Shown here piece after piece: positions 50,442-59,103 of a stretch of DNA of 64,000 nucleotides. The stretch covers positions 128,001 to 192,000 of the forward strand of contig CAWBEI010000004.1 in NCBI GenBank assembly GCA_963787835.1, in the 5' to 3' direction. The notes under the pieces are model-generated. The model was not told the DNA's origin, did no database searches, and saw nothing but the letters and a program-made list of their open reading frames with translations. This DNA comes from Ignavibacteriota bacterium (lineage in GTDB: Bacteria > Bacteroidota > Ignavibacteria > Palsa-1295). The position numbers and the translations under genes were made by a program. Within the stretch, counting starts at the first letter, position 1, and each line of letters opens with the position of its first letter.

Positions 50442-51126
50442 GTACAGCTTGTTTGGTTCTCACCCCAACTATCAGCAAATAAAAAACCATCCATATTTCT
50501 GCGATCGCACAGGGGATAACGATGTAACCATGGATTATTTGGCTTAAATCCGGGAGTAAAAATGCCGTAAGCAAATCTATGAGGTAGCAAACGGTGCCTA
50601 AGACAAGCATAACTCCAAGCGGCTTTGGGAACCAACCAGACTTGTAGGCAAGATATCCGAGCGGCGCAAGCCACAGTCCAAAAAATATCTGCGCAGTCAG
50701 CAACCCATAATGCTGGGCGTCGAGCAAGAGCAGCATTATGCCGTTCGATGTGGTGCCGATGGTGCTTAGGTTAACGGCGCCTGTTGCAACACGCAGACCC
50801 TCGAACTCGAAGACAGCACCCATGCACCCGATGCACGAAGCAAGTGCAACAAGCAGCAGCATAGCGCGTGCAACGCTCCTGTTCACATCCTTGAGCAAAC
50901 CATAGAGTGTCAGAGCCAGAAAAACAAAGAGCGTCTGATCCAACAGATCGGCAACAACGCCCATTCGGACGAGTCCCGCATTTGCAATAACATTCCCAGC
51001 CGTAGCTGCCGCGTTGCCGGCTATGTACATCTTGGGTTCCACATATCCTTCGGCAAAGCCGCCGAAAATGCCGACGCCCAGATAAAGCACGCCCGCGATC
51101 CTCGCTGTCTTATTGTCGGAATTCAT
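50425..51126 (-). CDS. DUF4386-family membrane protein
   Basis: ARIAGVLYL, FFGLWL.PLGYL..KSGW and E......LLI.G motifs. Confidence 0.8.
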   Translation of the reverse strand: MNSDNKTARIAGVLYLGVGIFGGFAEGYVEPKMYIAGNAAATAGNVIANAGLVRMGVVADLLDQTLFVFLALTLYGLLKDVNRSVARAMLLLVALASCIGCMGAVFEFEGLRVATGAVNLSTIGTTSNGIMLLLLDAQHYGLLTAQIFFGLWLAPLGYLAYKSGWFPKPLGVMLVLGTVCYLIDLLTAFLLPDLSQIIHGYIVIPCAIAEIWMVFYLLIVGVRTKQAVPIYSN

Positions 51127-51325
51127 TGGGTTTAATTGTTTTAACTTATGACAGAGACTTCAGCGCGCCCTGCGAACAACTTATCTGCCGAGTCGTTCGG
51201 AGGCAGACAACTCACCATGCCCTTGAATGATGTTTTCGTGCATCGATTAGATTGCTCCGGTCATCGACATAATCAGACAAATCATCGTTCAGACATCTTC
51301 AGCCAGGGGAAAATTGCTGTGGTTC

Positions 51326-52699
51326 TTACTCCGTCTTCTCCTCATGCTTTACAGCTGGAAGCTTTGCATAGAGTGTGGGTTTCGAGATGCCCAGAATGCG
51401 GGCGGCTTCGGTGCGGTTGCCGTGAACGGCATCGAGGACATGGTGAATATGCTCGCGCTCCACATCCGCCAGCGAGCGGTTCCAATCATATTGATGCCCA
51501 TGTGTCCGGTGTTCCGAGGCGATGGGGAGCACGGATTCTTCAATCACATCTGATTTCGACAGCACGACCGAGCGCGTCAAAACATTTTCCAACTCGCGCA
51601 CATTGCCAGACCAATTGTGCTTCTGAATGCGCTCCATTGCTGCGTCGCTTACTTTATAGACTTTCGTATGTAGTTCCTCATTGATGCGGCGCAATAAGCT
51701 TGTGACGAGGATCGGAATATCTTCTTTACGTTCGCGCAATGGGGGCGCTTTGATGGAAACGACGTTCAGCCGGTAATACAGATCTTCGCGGAAACGGCCC
51801 TCATCTACTTCCTTTTTCAGGTCTCGGTTCGTAGCGGCGATGATTCTCGCGTTCATGGGAAGTGTTTTTTCACCGCCGACGCGCTCGAACTCACGTTCCT
51901 GCAAAACGCGCAGTAATTTTACCTGAAGGGTAGGGGATATTTCGCCGATCTCATCCAAAAATATCGTTCCGCCGCGCGCAAGTTCGAACTTGCCGCGCTT
52001 ATCGCCAGTCGCGCCGGTGAACGATCCCTTTACGTGACCAAACAGCTCTGATTCCAATAGCGTCTCGGCAAGCGCCGTACAATTAACAGCGATGAACGGT
52101 TCGTCCCTCCATGGGGAATTAAAATGGATCGCGCGCGCGATCAGTTCTTTGCCGGTTCCCGATTCGCCTTCGATAAGCACCGTTACTCTGGACCGCGTTA
52201 CGCTTCCGATGGTCTTATAAATCTCGAGCATTTGCGGGCTCCTGCCCACGAGAATATTTTCGAGTTTGTATTCCTCGGCCTCTGTTTCCTTCAGCAGACC
52301 AAGTTGCTCAGAAAGCTGCTGGGTCTCGATCAGTCGTACAAGGATCTTTTTCAGCCGTTCGAGGTCGATCGGTTTTGTGAGATAATCATAGGCTCCTTGC
52401 TGCATTGCTTTGACCGTTGTTGCCATATCATCCTGGCCGGTCATGAGCAGCACGTTGACGTGCGGCGCGAACTCGTGAATTTTTGCCTGGAGTTCTAACC
52501 CGGTCATACCGGGCATATAGATATCCGAAAGAACTATTTCCGGCTGATCGACCTGTACGGCGAGCAACCCTTCGTTCGCGTTCGCGGCGGTTGTTACAGA
52601 AAATCCCTCGCGCGTGAGGAAACGCTCGAGGGTACGTCGCGCGGTCGCGTCGTCATCGATCACGAGAATTCTTGGGGTAGATGTTGTCATTTGGTCCAC
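51326..52699 (-). CDS. Sigma54-dependent NtrC/AtoC-family response regulator
   Basis: Receiver domain, GESGTGKE, ESELFGH..GSFTGA, FLDEIGE and a Fis-type HTH. Confidence 0.96.
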   Translation of the reverse strand: MDQMTTSTPRILVIDDDATARRTLERFLTREGFSVTTAANANEGLLAVQVDQPEIVLSDIYMPGMTGLELQAKIHEFAPHVNVLLMTGQDDMATTVKAMQQGAYDYLTKPIDLERLKKILVRLIETQQLSEQLGLLKETEAEEYKLENILVGRSPQMLEIYKTIGSVTRSRVTVLIEGESGTGKELIARAIHFNSPWRDEPFIAVNCTALAETLLESELFGHVKGSFTGATGDKRGKFELARGGTIFLDEIGEISPTLQVKLLRVLQEREFERVGGEKTLPMNARIIAATNRDLKKEVDEGRFREDLYYRLNVVSIKAPPLRERKEDIPILVTSLLRRINEELHTKVYKVSDAAMERIQKHNWSGNVRELENVLTRSVVLSKSDVIEESVLPIASEHRTHGHQYDWNRSLADVEREHIHHVLDAVHGNRTEAARILGISKPTLYAKLPAVKHEEKTE

Positions 52700-52703
52700 G
52701 AGA

Positions 52704-53945
52704 TTATGCTGGTAAAGCTACGGTGAATACAGTAGTATAGGGAGGTTGTTGGGCAGTCTGAATATCGAGGAGGCCATGATGCTGCCGAACTATTTTTGCG
52801 CTTGTTGCAAGACCGAGACCAAGTCCCTGTGACTTTGTTGTAAAAAAGGGTCGAAATAAACTTTTGCGAACTTCGTCCGAAATGGCCGGGCCGCTATTGG
52901 AAACTTCGAACATAATAACTCTTCCGGAAGAACTGATCGGACGCCACGCCTCTCCTTCACGAAGATCGGCTTGAACCAATACCAAGCGCTGATCGCTTTG
53001 TTCTGCAGCTTCAATCGCATTCTGCACAAGATTAAGCATTACTTGTTTCATTTGATCGGGATCGAACCGACCGGTCAGTTTATCATGCTCGATCTCTACA
53101 TTCAGGGTAACATCCCGCTGCTCAGACTGAAAAATCAACAATTCTTCCAACTCCTCGAGAAAATCGGAAATAATAACACGCTCATAGTGAAGTTCCACGC
53201 TACGCGCATAGGTGAGTACATTTTTCACAAGTCCTTCGAGGCGTTTAGCCTCGCGGCTTATGAGATGAATAGATTCCCGTTCTTCTTCGGTCCAACGCTG
53301 TTCTGCATCGGCACTCTGTTCGAGCATATAGATATTCATTGCAATGCCATTCAACGGATTGCGTATCTCATGCACGAGCGTTGCAACACTTTCACCGATA
53401 GCAGAAAGCTTTTCACTCTGAATGATCTGTGATTCTAACCTTTTGCGCTCGGTGAGATCAATTTCTATTCCATGATAGCCGATGCGGTCGCCGTTCTCGG
53501 AAAATACAGGAGAGATGGTGAGGAAGCAGGTTTTATCTTCTCCCCATTTAGTGCGATTGATGATCTCACCTTTCCATTCTCCTTTTTCTTTCAGAGCTTT
53601 CCACATTCCCTCGTAAAATTCCTGAGTCGAGTAAGGGGAACGCAGAAATCCAGTGCGTTTGCCAACGACTTCCTCGTGGGAATATCCGAACATTTTCACG
53701 AAGGCATCATTAACCATTCGGATCAAACCGTTTGGATCGGTCAGAAGCATCCCATCAGACGCGTGTTCGAACGCAAATCGAAGTAAAGCAGGTGTTTCAG
53801 GCATAAATAGCAGAGTAGATTCTTGACGGGTGCTCAAGCCTGCGGTTGAAGCACTTATCACGAAGCGTGCTTCATTTGTGGTCAGGCCAGGGAGATCCTC
53901 GCCAACCAACAAACACTCATCTGCCTGTTTTGCTCCACTATTCAT
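52704..53945 (-). CDS. Cytoplasmic PAS-domain sensor histidine kinase
   Basis: PAS/PAC domain, HEIRNPL, NLVQNA, FRPFFTTK and GLGLGL. No TM segments. Confidence 0.93.
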   Translation of the reverse strand: MNSGAKQADECLLVGEDLPGLTTNEARFVISASTAGLSTRQESTLLFMPETPALLRFAFEHASDGMLLTDPNGLIRMVNDAFVKMFGYSHEEVVGKRTGFLRSPYSTQEFYEGMWKALKEKGEWKGEIINRTKWGEDKTCFLTISPVFSENGDRIGYHGIEIDLTERKRLESQIIQSEKLSAIGESVATLVHEIRNPLNGIAMNIYMLEQSADAEQRWTEEERESIHLISREAKRLEGLVKNVLTYARSVELHYERVIISDFLEELEELLIFQSEQRDVTLNVEIEHDKLTGRFDPDQMKQVMLNLVQNAIEAAEQSDQRLVLVQADLREGEAWRPISSSGRVIMFEVSNSGPAISDEVRKSLFRPFFTTKSQGLGLGLATSAKIVRQHHGLLDIQTAQQPPYTTVFTVALPA

Positions 53946-53962
53946 TGCATTTATGCGCCGTG

Positions 53963-55438
53963 TTACACTGCGTGGGAATACATCGGTACTTTTTTCTCAC
54001 CCTCTTCCAAATAGGCATCAAACTGTGCCGCAATGTTCCGAAGAAAATATTTTCCACGATCTGTTACCGAGATCGTATTTTCTCCGATCACGCACAGACC
54101 ATCGTCGGCGAGAGGGGATAACCGCTGCGTGGCCGCATAAAAATAACGATCGAATTCTATGCCGAACAGCCGCTCTGTCTCATGCTTATCGACCTGCGCG
54201 TTGCACATGAGTTGCATAATGACATATTCACGAGCGGCGTCATCGGAAGAGAGTTCGTAACCTTTTTCGATCGGCAACTGGCCGGCATCGATCATTTCAT
54301 AATATTCGTGCAGTTCCTTTACATTTTGCGCAAAAACATTTTCCACACGCCCGATGGCGGAGATCCCAAAGGCCAGCATATCTTTACCGGCAAGGGTTGA
54401 GTATCCCTGGAAATTCCGATGTAAGGTTCCATTCTTCCTGGCTGCTACAAGCGTATCCGTTAGTTTCGCAAAATGATCCATGCCAAGATATTCATATCCG
54501 GCCTCCGTCAATTCATGGATCGCAAGTTCCAGGATCGCCAGTTTGGAACTTGCCTTTGGGAGCGTTTCGATCTCGATCAGTTTTTGGTGCGGTTTCAGCC
54601 ACGGAACGTAGGCGAAATTATAGACCGCAATTCGGTCAGGAGATATTTTCTTCACAGCATCCAAGGTGGCACGGAAATTTTCGCTCGTTTGATAGGGCAG
54701 GCCATAAATAAGATCGAGATTGATTCCTGAGATGCCTGCCTCCCGACACCAGTCGATCACTTGTTCTGTCATGCTGCGTGGCTGAACGCGGTTCACAGCG
54801 ATCTGCACGTCGGGGTCTAGGTCTTGCACGCCAATGCTGGCGCGATTGAATCCAACCATTTTCATTGAATCAATATGCTCGAGTGTTACGCCTCGCGGAT
54901 CGATCTCAATGGATATTTCCGCATCAGGCGCAATAGAAAAGGTGTTTCGAATATGCGCGCCAAGATCGGCGATTTCTGCTGGTAATAGATGTGTCGGGCT
55001 GCCTCCGCCCCAATGCATTTGCACGATGGTAGGGGAAGTCTCAAATAATTCCGCAGCAAGCGTGATCTCGCGCTTTAGGTACGCAAGATACTCGGCAATT
55101 TTCTCGCGATTGTTCGAGATGAGCATTGTACATCCGCAAAAGTAGCAGAGCGTATCACAGAAGGGAAGATGGATGTACAATGAAATTTCCGTTTGGTCTC
55201 CCTCGCGAGTGATTGTAGTGATGTGATCGATATATCTTCCGCTGTCGAAGGAACTTGTAAATAGCGTGGCTGGCGGATAGCTTGTGTATCGTGGTGCTGC
55301 CACAGTGTATTTGGAAAGCAGTGGCAACAGGTCAACTCGCTTCGGCACCTCTTGCAGAGGCGCAGCTTTCTTATACCTCTCACTGTTCCGGAGAGGTTTG
55401 AACGCCCTTGCATTATGAATCAAGACGGTGTCTTCCAC
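53963..55438 (-). CDS. hemN: Oxygen-independent coproporphyrinogen III oxidase
   Basis: PRYTSYP, HLPFCDTLCYFCGC, HWGGGSP, GMDHFA and RNFQGY motifs. Confidence 0.96.
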   Translation of the reverse strand: MEDTVLIHNARAFKPLRNSERYKKAAPLQEVPKRVDLLPLLSKYTVAAPRYTSYPPATLFTSSFDSGRYIDHITTITREGDQTEISLYIHLPFCDTLCYFCGCTMLISNNREKIAEYLAYLKREITLAAELFETSPTIVQMHWGGGSPTHLLPAEIADLGAHIRNTFSIAPDAEISIEIDPRGVTLEHIDSMKMVGFNRASIGVQDLDPDVQIAVNRVQPRSMTEQVIDWCREAGISGINLDLIYGLPYQTSENFRATLDAVKKISPDRIAVYNFAYVPWLKPHQKLIEIETLPKASSKLAILELAIHELTEAGYEYLGMDHFAKLTDTLVAARKNGTLHRNFQGYSTLAGKDMLAFGISAIGRVENVFAQNVKELHEYYEMIDAGQLPIEKGYELSSDDAAREYVIMQLMCNAQVDKHETERLFGIEFDRYFYAATQRLSPLADDGLCVIGENTISVTDRGKYFLRNIAAQFDAYLEEGEKKVPMYSHAV

Positions 55439-55460
55439 AAATATTTAATTTTGAGCTCAG

Positions 55461-56261
55461 CTATGCGTGCCGGTAACTATTGATGATCTCTCTCTGTCTC
55501 ATCGGCGGATGATCCTCAAGCGGGAATCCCGTACGTTTATCGAACGATTGTTCGAGCGTTAGGACCCGCGGGAAAAGCATGTTGTTCTCAAGGTGCACGT
55601 GCTGGTGTAGATCATTGGTGAACGCTGCGAGTCCTTTTATAACCGTACCATGCATTGTGCTTACTCCGTTAGGAATCGTAAAATCGTTGAGCAATGCTCT
55701 GATCTTTGCAAAGATCTGCGATGTTTCATCGTGCTCTTGTTCCATTCTTGTTATAGGGCCATCGATCGTCACAAACGGTGCAAGCGGACGCCGGCGTGAA
55801 AACTCCCTCGCCGATGCAAGCGACTTGAAATATGGAAAGAGGATCATCTCTTCTTTTCGCATGTGCTGCTCGATCTCATGCGCTGCACGCTGAAACAAGA
55901 ACATCACCGGTTTGAGATAGGGGAATTTATCCCCGTGCGATTCATTAACCTTTGCAAGTTGCTCGAGAAGCAGCGGAATCGTCGCGCGGCAATAACGATG
56001 GTGGTTTTCGACAATATACTCTATGAGGAATTCCTCGTCCCACAGGTCCCCATGTAAAAAACTGTAGGGGCGCGAAAGCTTTAACGCCTCGATTTCTTTT
56101 AAGACAAGGTTAATATCGAGGTCTTTCTTAGCGCATACGGCTTCGAGTGTTTCCTCTCCGTGACAGCAATAATCAATCCCATAGCGCTCGAAGAGGTGCG
56201 CTATCGCGCCCTCAGCGAGTACAATATCTTTTACGGCTTGTGATCTCATTTCGTCTCCCAA
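55461..56261 (-). CDS. ric: Iron-sulfur cluster repair di-iron protein (YtfE/ScdA)
   Basis: GIDYCCHG, HH, HMRKEE.ILFP, EH and H.H.ENN.LFP motifs. Confidence 0.93.
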   Translation of the reverse strand: MGDEMRSQAVKDIVLAEGAIAHLFERYGIDYCCHGEETLEAVCAKKDLDINLVLKEIEALKLSRPYSFLHGDLWDEEFLIEYIVENHHRYCRATIPLLLEQLAKVNESHGDKFPYLKPVMFLFQRAAHEIEQHMRKEEMILFPYFKSLASAREFSRRRPLAPFVTIDGPITRMEQEHDETSQIFAKIRALLNDFTIPNGVSTMHGTVIKGLAAFTNDLHQHVHLENNMLFPRVLTLEQSFDKRTGFPLEDHPPMRQREIINSYRHA

Positions 56262-56331
56262 TAAGATTTTTTATTCCATTTCCTGCCATCATCTTAAATA
56301 AGTCTCTGGCGAGTTTTCTTTGCACCATTGA

Positions 56332-56346
56332 GTAAGAAATTCTTAC
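56332..56346. promoter_or_regulatory. Palindromic operator/UAS upstream of the ric-hemN-TCS operon
   Basis: GTAAGAAATTCTTAC. Confidence 0.7.
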
Positions 56347-56504
56347 GCTTCCAATGTATTCATTAAGCATTTGGGCTCAATAAAGGTGAAAAATGACTCG
56401 TAATCTCCATTTTCAGCGTCTTTTCGCACCTTCCATATAGTATGGAGTAAAAGCTATGCCGAAATATCACTGTTCGCAGGTCGGCTCTCGATAATGCAGG
56501 ATCC

Positions 56505-56538
56505 AAAAAAGAAAGGGGCGGTTTTCACCGCCCCTTTT
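56505..56538. terminator. Strong terminator-like hairpin in a divergent intergenic region
   Basis: AAAAAAGAAAGGGGCGG-TTTTCA-CCGCCCCTTTT. Confidence 0.75.
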
Positions 56539-56683
56539 GTCGCCTTTTTCTTGTCGTCTTTTAGGGGGACCTTGTCATCGGAATGCAACTTCATTCACTT
56601 TGTCTTTTTACAATAACATTTCCGTTCCAATTTCAAAATTGACATTCTTTCTCAATTTATTCTCCGTATTTGAAGACAATGCA

Positions 56684-56718
56684 GTAAAAATATCTTACCT
56701 GCCGGAAGGAAATCTTAC
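56684..56718. promoter_or_regulatory. Tandem operator/UAS pair
   Basis: GTAAAAATATCTTAC and GGAAGGAAATCTTAC, 20 bp apart. Confidence 0.55.
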
Positions 56719-56908
56719 AACAAAACATTTTTGGCCCTTTCTTACCCGCGGAGGATTATTTTGGACGAACCAAAGAGCAGCAGGGAATCGAAGATGAACT
56801 TTCGGGAGCAGTCATTTAACAGGACGGTAACGTTTCGATAATATGGCCTCCCTATTTTTGTGGCACAGAGAATTTATCTTACTAATTTCCCGATATTTAC
56901 ACGCACTC

Positions 56909-58876
56909 ATGAAAAAACTGTTACTTCCTTGTTTTCTTGTTGCAATATTTTTCGCAGGCTTTACTGGTCTTGCCGAAAATGCTAATGCACAAACCACCAC
57001 ACTTATTCACTACTGGAATTTCAATACTCTTGCAGGACCGTACACCCATCCTAATATTCCAAATATCGTAGCCGACTACACGGTTCTAACACCTGCGGAT
57101 TCGGCATATCTGGAATATTATCTTCTGCCAGGCACTTCAGCCACATGGGCTATCTCAGGGCCCGAAGCCAACAACGCAAGCGGCGCTCAGATCGATAACG
57201 TAACCGGCGATACCACGAATGCTCGCATGGGCGATCCTGCAGGTACTGGTATTCGGTTCCGAAACCCAACAGATTCCTGCGAACTTCACTGGCACATTCC
57301 CTCGACGGGATTTACAAACCTTGTTCTCAAGTTTGCAACACAGACATCCAGCATCGCGTCTGGTGATTCTGCGCAAATTTATTCTTACAGCGTCGATGGT
57401 GGAAAGACATGGGATAGCACCGGCATGACCGTTAATGGAGCACCTGGCTATACACTCGACTTAACGCAAGGTGGCAACGCTAACAGCATCTATTTAAACT
57501 TTGCACCTGTCACGATCACTTTTGGAAGTAACACGGCCGTCAATAATAACCCGAAGCTGATTTTCCGTATTATTTTCCGTGGCAATACTCATCCCAATAT
57601 GCCTGTAAGTGGGAACAACCGCTTCGATAACTTAACGCTCGATGGTGTGGGAAGTTCGGGGCCACCACCACCGCCACCTGCTAAGATAACGCTTTCAACA
57701 CCCGAAGTAGGCAATATTCTCATTCCTGGGCAACAGGAAACGATTTCGTTTACAACTCAAGGTCTGGCTAGTGGTGATACTATCAAGTTTTCGACCAATG
57801 GCGGCACCTCCTGGTCCACAATCGGAACCACCCCATCCAGTGCCACATCTTATGCCTGGACCGTTCCAAATGTCGCAACGGAACAGGGTTTGATCGAAGT
57901 TGTTGACTCGGGTATAACGGCGGTAAGCGGCTTATTTCCTATTTACCCTATCACTTCATCGAACCTCATCGTCCATTACTGGGATTTCAACACCCTGTTC
58001 GGTAAGACGTATAATATTCCGAATATTCCACCCATCCCGGCTGATTTCTCGGCAACTTCTGCACAGGGTATGATCGTTTACGATACCTTACCTGGAATCT
58101 CGAATTCCAATAAAGGCTATCTCGATAATGTTGCCGGCGATACTACTACGGCCAATGACGACAACCTCTTCGGAGAGCCCCTCCTGGGTCCTGATAACGT
58201 GGCGCTTCGAGTTCGCAACCCAACAGATAGCATGGATCTTCGCTTTGTATTACCTACGACAGGGTATTCGGGAATCAGTTTTAAATATTCGTTGCAATCA
58301 TCGAGCCTTACAGGGCCTCAACGCGAGTTTTTTACGTATAATAGTCAAGGGTTCTGGACTTCGACAGGTATAACGGTCAATGGCGTTGTCCAGGACTCCT
58401 TAGATGTTACCCAGAGTCAGTATCAAGGGGCGAACAACGGGCAATATGGGCTTGTAACTATTGGGTTTACCGCTGCTGTTCAGGCTGCGATCAGTAACAA
58501 TCCCAATTTCCAGTTCCGCATTATTTTTGGTGACACAGCGACTGGTGGAACAAGCGGCAATAACCGTTTCGATAATTTCACCGTCCTGGCAACGAGCCAG
58601 GTTACGAATGGCGTAACCGTGCCAGTCCAAGCACAGCAGCAATTGGACATCTCTCCGAATCCGGCAGGGGATGAAATCTCGTTCGCCAATCCTTTCGCTT
58701 CGCAGATCGCGATTGCCGTTATCGATCAGACGGGCCGCGAGGTGCTCCAGTCAAGCGGGACAGGTGCATCTACGGTAAATCTTGATATATCAACACTGGC
58801 GTCCGGAGCGTATTACGTTCGCATTCAAAATGTCTCGAACGGAAATGAGCAATTAGCCAAGTTTATAAAGCAATAA
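56909..58876 (+). CDS. T9SS-secreted protein with 2 copies of a ~200-aa HYWxFN...GNNRFDN domain
   Basis: Signal peptide, the repeated domain, a polyproline linker and a PNPA...SGAYYVR CTD. Confidence 0.88.
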   Translation: MKKLLLPCFLVAIFFAGFTGLAENANAQTTTLIHYWNFNTLAGPYTHPNIPNIVADYTVLTPADSAYLEYYLLPGTSATWAISGPEANNASGAQIDNVTGDTTNARMGDPAGTGIRFRNPTDSCELHWHIPSTGFTNLVLKFATQTSSIASGDSAQIYSYSVDGGKTWDSTGMTVNGAPGYTLDLTQGGNANSIYLNFAPVTITFGSNTAVNNNPKLIFRIIFRGNTHPNMPVSGNNRFDNLTLDGVGSSGPPPPPPAKITLSTPEVGNILIPGQQETISFTTQGLASGDTIKFSTNGGTSWSTIGTTPSSATSYAWTVPNVATEQGLIEVVDSGITAVSGLFPIYPITSSNLIVHYWDFNTLFGKTYNIPNIPPIPADFSATSAQGMIVYDTLPGISNSNKGYLDNVAGDTTTANDDNLFGEPLLGPDNVALRVRNPTDSMDLRFVLPTTGYSGISFKYSLQSSSLTGPQREFFTYNSQGFWTSTGITVNGVVQDSLDVTQSQYQGANNGQYGLVTIGFTAAVQAAISNNPNFQFRIIFGDTATGGTSGNNRFDNFTVLATSQVTNGVTVPVQAQQQLDISPNPAGDEISFANPFASQIAIAVIDQTGREVLQSSGTGASTVNLDISTLASGAYYVRIQNVSNGNEQLAKFIKQ

Positions 58877-58899
58877 GTTGGTCGTTTGCGGTTTGCGTT

Positions 58900-58947
58900 G
58901 CCCGCGCCTTTAGGATGATATTTCTATTGGTGCGGGCTTCTTTTTTC
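58900..58947 (+). terminator. Intrinsic terminator
   Basis: GCCCGCGCC...GGTGCGGGC followed by TTCTTTTTT. Confidence 0.6.
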
Positions 58948-59103
58948 ATCAAATCAATCTTCAACTTCATTCATATTATCATTTCGTGTCCACTACGCAA
59001 CGATTTGTTAATATTAGCATAATGATAATGATGTAAGTTTGTGCCAGAACCTCAAGCCCCCTCGATTGGGGCTTTTTCAATCAAACACTCGAAAACTCTT
59101 TAC

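Noticed and set aside
51148-51684. 178-aa plus-strand ORF
   Set aside because: It mostly overlaps the response regulator antisense and has no recognisable motif.
9383-53763. One-mismatch GCATC-N6-GATGC look-alikes at about 9383, 30009, 32078, 38077 and 53747
   Set aside because: Their spacers mostly do not resemble the consensus and several lie in conserved protein motifs, so chance is sufficient. They were not counted.
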